A stretch of 56,686 nucleotides of DNA, filler included, from Jimgerdemannia flammicorona (lineage: Eukaryota), in NCBI GenBank assembly GCA_003990765.1. It is 2 parts of 2 records of this genome, joined end to end, with 100 filler letters (N's around TTAATTAATTAA, not from the genome) between each part and the next. Parts side by side here need not be neighbours in the genome. Positions count along the whole stretch, not along the records: positions 1 to 28,298 come from RBNJ01000572.1; positions 28,399 to 56,686 come from RBNJ01000573.1. One strand, given 5' to 3'. Positions 27,321-38,391 of the stretch are shown here, piece after piece (position 1 is the stretch's first letter; each line of letters starts with the position of its first letter). Below the pieces are notes generated by a model. That model saw nothing but the letters and a program-made list of their open reading frames with translations. It ran no database searches and had not been told where the DNA came from. Both the position numbers and the translations under genes were made by a program.

Positions 27321-27912
27321 TAGTGCTCTGAATGAGTCAATCCAGATGAGATTCAGATGGATTTGAATCAACCATTGTTTTGATTTCCAAATTAGACAAT
27401 TAAATGTTTACATCAATAACTTAATGCATAATTATTCAAATTTAATAATCTTAGTGTCATTTGAAAGCCCTTAATAAAGCCTTTCTAATGATACTAAGAA
27501 CATTAAAATCAGATTACGTGTTGCTGAGATATTAAGAAAAACATTCTATTTGACGAAATTTCCAAAATTGGCAAATCAAAGAATTTCCAAAATTGGCAAT
27601 TCAGACGTTTTCCTTCATAACTCAGCAATGCATAATCCGATTTCAATGTTCTTGGTATCATTAGATAGGTCTTATGAAGGGCTTTCAAATGACACTAAGA
27701 TTATCAAATTTGGATGATTATTCATCAAGTTATTGATGTAAACATTTAATTGTCTAATTTAGAAATCAAAACAATAGTTGATTCGAATCCATCCGAATGG
27801 GATTCGAATCCATCTGAATGGGATTCGAATCCCATCCAAGTTGATCTGGATGGGATTCAATCTGAATCAATCCAAATCCAATCCAGATCAAATTGACTTA
27901 TTAGGAGTACTA
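27321..27912. mobile_element. 592-bp non-autonomous hAT-like foldback element
   Basis: TIRs TAGTGCTCTGAATGAGTCAAT / ATTGACTTATTAGGAGTACTA; ~190-bp internal inverted arms; partial TSD CTTATCTC / CTTATGTA. Confidence 0.8.
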
Positions 27913-28298
27913 CTTATGTACCTCATTTGAGAGAACCAGGCCCTATCCATTATATTGTACTTTGATGAGGGTTTTTCTTTACCTATTATTCTCTTTGGGG
28001 TGGCAGGGGCTATTCTATTCAGCTTGAGCATACCTTGTACATATGTTGGGATTTTGGGCATACACTTTCAGTCATTAGTATATGGCTGAGTTCTCTCTGG
28101 TAGTAGAGAGAGCATGGTATACAGAATGAGGTACAGGCCAATATAGGCCCTGCTGTATCTGGTATGGTTAAGCTGCTGGACAATAGCTAACCTAGGTTAA
28201 TGGGGAGGCAGTGTTCAGTGGGTGGTGGAGGAGGGTTTTGGCCTATATAGTCTAGGTTCTCTTCTAATAAAAATCCACAGAACTATAAGTCTATTAAA

Positions 28299-28398
28299 NN
28301 NNNNNNNNNNNNNNNNNNNNNNNNNNNNNNNNNNNNNNNNNNTTAATTAATTAANNNNNNNNNNNNNNNNNNNNNNNNNNNNNNNNNNNNNNNNNNNN
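28299..28398. other. Assembly gap (100 nt) with artificial TTAATTAATTAA linker
   Basis: N44-TTAATTAATTAA-N44. Confidence 0.97.
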
Positions 28399-29994
28399 AA
28401 CAAGTCTATACAGGAATCAGTATCCAAATCCCTGAAGGACATGTTGGAAGAATATGCTGTCACAGCAGTCTAGCACTGAAAGGACTCTCAGTAGAAGGAG
28501 GAGTCATTGACGAAGATTATACAGGCGAAATCATTGTCCTCATTCGAAACCACAGTTGGACACCCTTCAAGATCCCTATTGGTTTCTGCATTGCCCAGAT
28601 CCTATTTGAAAAAATCGAGTCAACCTTGACAGTCAAGGAAGTCCCTGAACTCCTGCCCACTATCCAAGAATCCAAAGGATTTGGTTCATCAAACAAAGCC
28701 CCAGCCCAATCTACCATGAGCAAAGAAGAACAATTCTACAAGAAGATCGAAGATGGATATGTACCAAGTGGCTGATGCCCTCATGGTATTGGAATGTACT
28801 CTTCCTGAATGATTGATGATTGCTTCTCTTGTGTCAACGAACTGGCTCAAAGAAGAACTAACAGAAGAAAGACTCCTACAACTGAAATCACCACCATTGG
28901 ATCAGACAAACTGCTCACCCTTAAGGCTTTTGTCAATGGAGCACCTGTCAAGATTATGATAGACAGTGGTGCCTCAGGCAACTTCATCAATGAGGAAACA
29001 GCCAACAGACTCAAGGTCTTCACCTCCCCAGTATAGCAAACTCAAGCAGTTGCTACAGCTGATGGAACCTCACATGTTATTAGCAAAGAAGTCTGCAATC
29101 TACCCTTCCGAATTGGTGACTACCGAGTACATATTACCCTCCAAATCATACCACTTCCTGACAATGAAATCATCCTTGGGACTCCATGGTTAAAACAAGA
29201 GAACCTCATGATTGATTGGGTAAACCATTCTCTGACCATTAAGAAAGAATGCCACAACTTCAAACTACAAAGCAAAAAGGACCCACTCAACTCTAGGGAC
29301 CCTGGACCAAAGATCACCCACATCAACAAGCTACAACTCAAGAAATTGGCCAAGAAATGCCCTCTCTTTGCTATCTCCATCCGACCATCCAAAGGAGAAC
29401 CCGAGAACTCTGAGGAAGATTTTTCCAAAGTTGACAGCCATGTCAGACCACTACTTCAGAAATTCTGAGACATATTCCCAAAGAAGCTCCTGAAAGACCT
29501 ACCTCCTAAACGAGCAGTAGACCACGCAATCAAGACTATTCCAGATGCCAAACCAGCCTTCAAGTCAATCTACCATATGTCTCGAGAGAAATTGATGCAC
29601 TCAAGAAGGAAATCGATGAACTCCTAGAACAAGGATTCATCAGACCCAGTGTATCACCCTATGGTGCACCAGTCCTCTTTGTTGTCAAAAAAGAAGGAGA
29701 CCTGCGAATGTGCATTGACTACCGCGATCTCAATGAACAGACCATCAAGAACTGTTGCCCACTACCAAGGATCGATGAAATATTTGATAGACTTACCAAC
29801 TGTAAGCGCACAACCTTCAAGCCACCGAAATTACACGTCACCCTCTGAACAAGCCACTGAAATTACACATGACCTCCGAACAAATCTGGAAATCACCTGC
29901 TCAATCACGAAGCTGAGTCAAACCAAAGTCACAGTGCACAAAGCTGAGTCAATATGAAGTCACGGAATACAAGATTTACATAAACAGAATCTTA

Positions 29995-30019
29995 CCAATC
30001 AGGACTAAATACATATATA
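29995..30019 (+). promoter_or_regulatory. Putative promoter of the LTR-ORF (CCAAT plus TATATA about 70 nt before the ATG)
   Basis: CCAATCAG..ATATATAC is conserved in all full-length type I LTRs and is followed by an A/C-rich leader and AAACATG. Confidence 0.5.
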
Positions 30020-30088
30020 CCAAGCACCGAGATGCATCGAATCAGAAAACCAAAACAAACAACAACCACAACTTCCAAATACACAAAC

Positions 30089-31186
30089 ATGACCACTGAG
30101 ATCTACAACTGCATCTGCGCTGACATTTGGAATGCCATTATCAACTGAGCTACACCCCCTCTGCCCCTCATGAATATCCATAGCCTGGCACCCCTCTACT
30201 TCATGGAAGCCCAATGGAATGCCCTGAACATGCTTAGCGAGGCCCACCGAATCAGACAAATCTCAAGCTACTACCAGATTGGCCACCTCCTGGAAGACAT
30301 GGTCGAACACCACCATGATACGGACATTACCCAGATGTCTCAATACCAGAAGCTCATCGCTCGCAAACATCGAGAACTCTTCTATGAGTACAACACCTTT
30401 ATTCCCCGCCTCCGAGTCACTACCAGCAAAATGGTTGCTACTCTATCCTACGGCCAAATCGATGACATGATATAAGAACTTAATCATAAGTACCTTGAGT
30501 ATGTCAAAACCACAGACAGAACCTTCCCGCACCCTGATGACCATATCCTGCAAATGCCTCAAGTCGGATATGCCATGAAGGATGTCTACGATATAATCTA
30601 CTTCGACGAAGATGAAGCAGAAGACAATGATCCCTCTGATGCCGACATGACCTCAAGCCAAGGATCTCTGCCAACCCTGATCACGCCACCAACCTTGCCA
30701 ATGAACTTACAACAGTTCATAACTGCATATGAGACTTATTGGGACAATGACCACTGGCACGAATACCAACCTGCGTTCACTCCCGATTACTTCAATTACA
30801 ATGAAGAGACCAGAGAACACAACCTATACCTCCAGACAACCCTCGAGATCGAACCAACAACCCTACCACCTGAGTATGAGCAACATGAACCACAGCTACT
30901 AGCTTACTACAACCCCGTGACTCATAGTGCTGTAACCTATAGAAGATATGCAGACAGCGAATCCGATGAAAGCGAAGACAATACATCCATCCTTCGCCCA
31001 CCAATACCTTATCCAGCCTACGAAGCAGATGATGCTATCCTGTGGGATAGAGACGAAGTCCCAATGTATTACTACCTCAGCGAACAAGGAGAAGTAATCC
31101 GTGAACCATTATTCCTAGATGACTACTTCATCAGAGATGATGCAATTGATGGTGATGTCATCGAAGACTACCCAGATAGTGCCTAA
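30089..31186 (+). pseudogene. LTR-encoded ~365-aa protein of unknown function (two premature stops in this copy)
   Basis: A single frame MTTEIYNC...IEDYPDSA* joins track ORFs 30170-30475 and 30554-31186. The two stops are CGA>TGA and CAA>TAA, and they are sense codons in other copies. Confidence 0.85.
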
Positions 31187-31243
31187 ACCCATAAATAGCC
31201 TAGCAGTCATAGTATAGTTAGATTAGCCTTATACGACATGACT

Positions 31244-31514
31244 GTGAACTGACTCAGCAGTCAGATGATCTCTTGACATGTCAGATCACACTTGTACTAC
31301 ATGACTGTATTCCGACTCAGCAAGGCACTAAGTGCTACATCCATATTTAGCATAGTCCAGATATCCCCTCACTAGTATAAATACCCCCTCCCCCAGACCT
31401 CAGAATCTCAGACTTAAACAGACTTGAACACATAAGAACATTCCTGAATACTTCCCCACAATATTCCTTCATACAACTACTCCTAGTATAGTAATATCAT
31501 GAATAGCAAATAAA
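31244..31514 (+). promoter_or_regulatory. Main LTR promoter/poly(A) region: TGACTCA (AP-1/Gcn4-like) site and hairpins, TATAAATA at 31376-31383, AATAAA at 31509-31514
   Basis: The TATA and AATAAA motifs are conserved in every LTR copy, including the type II LTRs. Confidence 0.6.
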
Positions 31515-31875
31515 CCTATTCCATAACCCATAAACCACTCTTAAGTAAATCTGCTCCCTGTTAGGTCCCATTCCTAACCCCGTCACAAAATTTCCTAATT
31601 GGATATTGTCTGCAGTGATACACCAATTCAACTAAGCTGGTCTTAGTTTCTTGAACTTCCTGAAATACAGAAAATCCTGAATATCCAGAACTAGTCTGGA
31701 AAAGGACTTTGGTTGAGACATCAACCCAATCTTGAAATCAATAAGCATAGAGGATATACTCCATATGAAATTGATCTTGACCATAAGAAAACGGTCTTCC
31801 AGAATATCCAGAACCTCCAGAAAACCCTTCCAGAACTATGTAACAGTTACCCTAAAAAGTAACCCTCTTACAACT

Positions 31876-31898
31876 TGGTAGCAGCAGTTTTCAATCCA
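31876..31898 (+). promoter_or_regulatory. Primer-binding site, tRNA-iMet-like (TGGTAGCAG)
   Basis: Starts 3 nt after the LTR end and is complementary to the ..CUGCUACCA 3' end found in many eukaryotic initiator tRNAs. The same sequence occurs in copy A (8138-8146). Confidence 0.75.
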
Positions 31899-32833
31899 AT
31901 TCTACTTCAAGATGCTTCCTCACCCCGCTACAAACCCTTCTGCGAATTCCTACAAGTTGGTATAAAGCCCAACCTCTGAACTGGAATTTATCCAAACCAT
32001 CTGACAATCTGGAGAGAATTGAACCTAACATATAAGAACAATTTGACCTCCACACCTGTAACAAGTGGGATAAACTTCATTCAAAGAAAGAAGTACTCAA
32101 GTTAAACCAGCAAATAGGCGAAACTCTATTCATCAAACTCCTTGTACTACACCCAGCAAGTCAAGATGAAGAAGGTCTTATTGAAGCCTTCTTTACTCTT
32201 CTTAACAAGAGTTTTGTCAGCTCCACAAATCCGAGCGACCTAGGACAACCAGTAGCAGTCTTTCTAGCCTTAGTTCCTCATGAAGCCCAAGCCTCTGTAG
32301 CCAAGTGACTCAACTCTACTGACTTTCACCACACCAGGACCAAGACTGCCTTATACTACCGATTCCAGAACAGTAAGACCCGCCATATCCTTAAAGAAGA
32401 AGCAAGAGAAACCCTTCATCAACTATCTGACCCTGAACCTAAAGCAGGCTCTGCTATAGTGCTACCTGAATCTGAAACCAATACCGAACCTGAACTTGAC
32501 TTTGAATTAAGTCCATCTGAAATCAGATATATAACTGATTCTGTCTACTTTGATGCTGAGCAAACCCAATTACATGGGGACCAAACTGAAGAAGAGGAGA
32601 AGTATCTCACTGAATTCGATCCTGGATATACCACTGAAGGAGACACACTTCCATCAGGACAGAATATACCTACACAGCAACAAACAGTTATCTATCAAGC
32701 CCTTACTCCAGATCCACAACTACTACTCCAGCAACTTACATAGACCCAAAGAACCCCATCACACTCTGCACCATTACCTCAAGTAGTACTAGTAACACCA
32801 CTACCAGCAGTCCAACCGCCTCCAGCAATCAAT

Positions 32834-35800
32834 ATGGCAAACCAACAGATTCTTGATCTCATAGCCCAAGTAGCTATAATGGCAGCAACCATTACTGCCT
32901 TAGCTGAACAGACTCAACCTACCAAAAATCTGAGCCTACCTACCTTCAATGGTACTGTACAAGAAGTCCAAAGCTTCATTAGTGTAGTTGACACCAACTT
33001 CAAAGCCAATCAATGGACCAATGAGTGAGTTGCTGACCGCATTCTGACAACCAATCAAGACCACACCCTAGAACAACTCTTTGCTACCACTACAGCCTAT
33101 ATCCGCCGAGTTGTTACATTCTTCCAAGGACCTGCCAAAGAATGGTGGCAAACCCTTCTTGAAAAACCCCTCACATGGGATACCTGACCTGCAGTAGTTG
33201 CTCAGAATGCAGCAAACAATGCCCCAGGATATGGAGCCCATCCTGCAGCCCCTGGACTCAAACAACTTATGATTGCTCAATACCACAGCGAAACCATGAT
33301 TGCTGAATCTTGAGTAAAACTCTGCAACCTCAAATTTGATATACATGGCAAAGAAGAATTCAAAACCTTCTGTACAAAACTTGAGTCACTCCTGAACACT
33401 GTTGGTCTAGGATACATTACCAATGACAAAACATGAAATAGTACAAGAGCAGACCATTTATTTGATGCTCTGCCTGAATGGCTTACTAGAAAAATCCAAG
33501 AGCAAGGCTGCCCAGTTGGTTGTGATCACCAACAATGGTGTCTGGCAAGAATCAAGACCATGGTTAAGCGAATCCTAACAGCTGGACCAATTCTGCCCTG
33601 AAGACAATTCAACAACAAGGAAAAGACTTGGACCAAGAAAGAAGAACCCAAGCATGAAGCATCCCGAGCTCCCTCCACATCCACCTCTTGGACACCCAGA
33701 AATCATGAACCCACCCAGCCAAGCACCTTCAAGAAACTCACTGAAGGTGAAAGGAACAAACTTCAAAGAAGCGGAGCATGCTTCTATTGCCGAAAGACAG
33801 GACACATGGCCAGTGCCTGCTCTAACCGAAAACCCCAAACAGCAACATGAGCAACTGTTACCACTCTGCACCACCTCAACAACCTGATCACCAGAACACT
33901 GGACTTTGTCAAGTTAAGACAAACTGCTAAGGCCCCAACTAAAGGAAGTCAAAAAGCAGCTGGATATGACCTGTATGCAGCTGAAGAAGCTACAGTTTCC
34001 AACCGAGAAGTCAAACAAGTCTATACAGGAATCAGTATCCGAATCCCTGAAGGACATGTTGGAAGAATATGCTGTCGCAGCAGCCTAGCATTGAAAGAAC
34101 TCTCAGTAGAAGGAGGAGTCATTGATGAGGATTATACAGGTGAAATTATTGTCCTCATTCGAAACCACAGTTGGACACCCTTCAAGATCCCTATTGGCTT
34201 CTGCATTGCCCAGATCCTATTTGAAAAAATCGAGTCAACCCTGATAGTCAAGGAAGTCCCTGAACTACTGCCTACCATCCGAGGATCCAAAGGATTCGGC
34301 TCATCAAACAAAGCCCCCACCCAACCTACCATGAGTAAAGAAGAACAATTCTACAAGAAGATCAAAGATGGATATGTACCAAGTGGCCGATGCCCTCATG
34401 GTATTGGAATGTACTCTTCCTGAATAATTGATGATTGCTTCTCTTGTGTCAATGAACTGGCCCAAAGAAGAACCAATAGAAGAAAGGCTCCTACAACTGA
34501 AATTACCACCATTGGATCAGACAAACTGCTCACCCTCAAGGCTTTTGTTAATGGAGCATCTGTCAAGATTATGATAGACAGTAGTGCCTCAGGCAACTTA
34601 ATTAATGAAGAAACAGCCAACAGACTCAAGGTCTTCACCTCTCTAGTACAACAAATGCAAGCAGTTGCTACAGCTGATGGAACCTCACATGTTATTAGCA
34701 AAGAAGTCCGGAATCTACCCTTCCGAATTGGCGACTACCGAGTACATGTTACCCTCCAAATCGTATCACTTCCTGACAATGAAATCATCCTTGGGACTCC
34801 ATGGTTAAAACAAGAGAACCCCATGATTGATTGGGTAAACCATTCCCTAACCATCAAGAAAGGATGCCACAACTTCAAACTATAAGGTGAAAAGGACCTA
34901 CTCAACTCTAGTGACCCTGGACCAAAGATCACCCACATCAACAAGCTACAACTCAAGAAATTAGCCAAGAAATGCCCTCTCTTCACCATCTCCATCTGAC
35001 CATCCAAAGAAGAACCCGAGAACTCTGAAGAAGACTTTTCCAAAGTTGACAGCCATGTCAGATCACTACTCTAGAAATTCCGAGACATATTCCCAAAGAA
35101 ACTCCTGAAAGGCCTACCTCCCAAATGAGTAATAGACCATGCAATCAAGACTATCCCAGATGCCAAACCAGTCTTCAAGTCAATCTACCACATGTCTCCG
35201 AGAGAAATTGATGCACTCAAGAAGGAAATCGATGAACTCCTAGAACAAGGATTCATCAGACCCAGCATATCACCCTATGGTGCACCAGTCCTCTTTATTG
35301 TCAAAAAAGGAGGAGATCTGCGAATGTGCATCAACTACCGCAATCTCAATGAGCAGACCATCAAGAACTGTTGCCCACTACTGAGGATTGATGAAATATT
35401 TGATAGGCTCACCAACCCACAATTCATGAGCTCCTTTGACCTGCAAAATGGTTACTGGCAAATTGCCATGAAAGAAGAAGACATCTACAAGACAGCCTTC
35501 CGAACTCACTATGGATACTTCAAGTTCCTGGTTATGCCCTTTGGCTTAACTAATGCTCCAGCAACCTTCCAGACACTGATGAATACCATTCTGCATCCAT
35601 ATCTGGACAAATTTGTTGTTGTCTACATTGACAACATCCTAGTCTTCAGCAAAACCCTGGAGGAACATCTTGAACACCTTGAACTAGTACTACTGAAACT
35701 CCGAGAAAACAGACTCTTTGTAAAACTCAGCAAGTGTGAATTTCTTCTGAAAGAAATTCAATTTCTTGGACACATTGTCACACCAAATGGAATCAAAGTA

Positions 35801-37966
35801 GACCCCAGCAAAATCTCTGCAATCAAGGATTGGCCCAGATCCAAGAAGCTAAAGGACCTCCAGTCATTCCTGGGATTAGCAAATTATTACAGGCAATTTG
35901 TTGCCAACTTTGCTAAAATCGCTACTGCCCTCACCCAAATGACCAAGCACAGCAAGAAACAAGAATAACCTTGGACCATGAAATAAGAGAAAGACTTCAA
36001 CAATCTTGTAAATTGGGGACCCGAACAAGATACCACCTTCCAAGCACTGAAAGATGCTCTGATAACCACACCAGTACTTCAAGTGGCAAATCCTGCCCTA
36101 CCATATGAAGTCACCACTGATGCCTCTGACCTAGCTCTTAGAGCAGTGCTCATGCAAGAAGGACACCCTGTGGCCTATCACTCCCACAAGTTCAATGATA
36201 CTGAAATCAACTACGCAACTCACGAGAAGGAAATGCTAGCCATCATAGACACTCTGATAAAATGGCGACCATATCTAGAAGGAGCACACTTCACTGTATT
36301 GACCGACCACAAGTCATTAGTCAACATCAAGACACAGGCTACCCTTTCCCGAAAGCAAGCTAGATGGATGAAAGTCCTTACCAACTTTGACTATGAAATC
36401 CAGTACCACCCTGGCAAGGAAAATATTGTTGCCGATGCAATCTCCAGACCACCAATCAAAGAGGTTATCCAAACTCTGACCTTGGTTACCAACACTATCA
36501 TGGAACAAATCATTGTAGCATGTGTTGATGATAAGGAAGCTCAAGCACTCCGAGAAATTCTGAACAATGATGATGCTGACAAGCATACCTGGTACAATCA
36601 ATACCAACTTAAGGACAATGATATCTACTACAAGGACAGACTGTATGTTCCGAACAACCGAGATCTCAGAAGGACTATCCTATTTGAATGTCATGATGCT
36701 CCTACAGCTGGACATTTAGGATTTGACAAATGCTACAAAGTTATCTCCTGAAACTTCTATTGGCCCCGCATGGCAGATCAGCTCAAAACCTACATCACTT
36801 CCTGTGATGCCTGTCAATGAAACAAGTCCTCAACACTAGTAAAACCTGGCTTACTCCACCCTATCCCAGTACCATCCGCAAATTGGGAACAAATCTCTAT
36901 GGACTTCATTGTACAACTACCCCAAACCAAGAATGGGAAAGATGCAATTGTTGTCTTTGTAGACTACCTCAGCAAACAAGCCCACTTTATGCCTACTACC
37001 ACTACTGTAACAGCACCAGACATAGCTACACTCTTGTTTGACAACATCTTCCGCTATCATGGTCTTCCTAAGATCATTATTAGTGACCGAGATCCGAAAT
37101 TCACTAGCCACTTTTGGAAAGCCCTCCATGCACACCTTGGAACAAAACTTGCGCTATCCACAGCCTTTCACCCTGAAACCAATGGCCAAACTGAAAGAAT
37201 GAACCGAACTCTGAAACAAATGCTAAGGAACTATGTCTCTTACAGACAAGATGATTGGCATGAATACCTCACTGCAGTTGAGTTTGCCTACAACAATAGC
37301 AAGCAAGCCTCTCTTGGAATGACCCCATTCTTCACCAATACTGGACAAAATCCAAACACCCCATTGACACTTATCTGAACCACTGAAGAACCCTCCACAG
37401 TCGAAGCTGTTGAAGAATTCTTACTCTGAATGTGCAATTTAAGCCAGATTGCCATCGAGAATTTATCATGAGCTCAAGAACAACAGTCATACTATATTAA
37501 CCAACACCACTGAGAAGAAACCTTTGATATTGGTGAAAAGGTTCTACTGGACATCAGAGGATACCGAGTTGACAACCTCAAGTACAGACCATCTACAAAG
37601 CTGAACAGCAAGTTCATTGGACCATTTGAAGTCATTGCACAAGTCTCTCCAACCTCCTACAAACTGGCGCTACCAGATACCATTAAGATTCACCCAGTCT
37701 TTAATGTTCAATGTCTCAAGCGATACAATAACAATGATGATGAGCTATTTCCAAATCGGACCACCAAACCACCTATACCTGTCATCATTAATGACCAAGA
37801 AGAGTATGAAGTTGAACAAATCCTCAACAAACATGGCAACAAGAACCATCCCGAGTATCTTGTCAAATGGAAAGGTTACCCGATCCATGATGCAACCTGG
37901 GAACCCAAGACCAACCTTCAGAATGCTACCGATCTAGTTCAGGAATATGATTCCTTGAACAACTAG
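32834..37966 (+). pseudogene. gag-pol: Copy C single-frame Gag-NC-dUTPase-PR-RT-RNaseH-INT-chromodomain polyprotein (~1710 codons), with premature stops but no frameshift
   Basis: Track ORFs at 32834, 34091, 34571, 35192, 36083 and 36899 are all in one frame. Motifs: CFYCRKTGHMASAC, DS(S/G)ASGN, YID(N/D), TDAS, HDAPTAGH..CDAC, MDF/SDRD/GQTER, FIGPF, EYEVEQIL..YLVKWKGY. Confidence 0.95.
33899..34309 (+). CDS. dut: dUTPase domain within the polyprotein (stop-free in this copy)
   Basis: All five motifs are present: AGYDL, RSSL, GVIDEDYTG, (R>C)IAQ, RGSKGFGSS. Confidence 0.93.
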
Positions 37967-38377
37967 AACCAAATATTCTGCACCTATCTACACATACTAT
38001 ATATTATCCTCCTGAACATTATAATTATTGTGAACCAAACCAAGAACTCAGCAAAACAAGACAAGAATACTGAATCTCTGGAAAAATAGCAAAACTGAAA
38101 GCAAGCCTATTCTCCCTGTACCACTGGTAGGAAACAAGGCATAGACATTTAAGAAGATTCCTTAGAGGAAATTCTCCAGCAGTGAATGATGTCAGAATCA
38201 CTTCCGGCACACAGCATTGAACATATGACCCTTTAACATGTGAATCCAACACATTAGGCAACTGTACTACGAGCATGCCACTTTCTGAGAAAATGGACCT
38301 TACCAGACTTTTGACCTCCCAAATAGTGTAACAAAACTAGAACAAATTAGAAGGCCCTGATGAGGACGTTGAAAGCT

Positions 38378-38390
38378 AAGAAGGGGAGAG
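38378..38390 (+). promoter_or_regulatory. Polypurine tract
   Basis: AAGAAGGGGAGAG immediately before the 3' LTR; also present in A, B, D and E. Confidence 0.9.
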
Positions 38391-38391
38391 T

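Larger units (their letters stand above)
29801..31872 (+). repeat. 5' LTR of copy C
   Basis: TGTAAG..CTTACA; direct repeat of 38392-40460. Confidence 0.96.

Noticed and set aside
27780..27900. Short GGATTCGAATCC repeats as a CRISPR array or tRNA fragments
   Set aside because: No unique spacers or cloverleaf. They are subterminal repeats of the hAT-like element.
28299..28398. TTAATTAATTAA palindrome flanked by Ns
   Set aside because: Artificial scaffold linker with stops in all frames. Adjacency of the two sides is not guaranteed.
30089..31186. LTR-ORF as an env gene
   Set aside because: No signal peptide, transmembrane segment or furin-type site is evident; the protein is acidic and hydrophilic.
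37617..37937. Recurrent 106-aa ORF MDHLKSLHK.. (also 42666 and 55195)
   Set aside because: Alternative frame overlapping the integrase/chromodomain, starting at TTG. Its recurrence is explained by element copy number.
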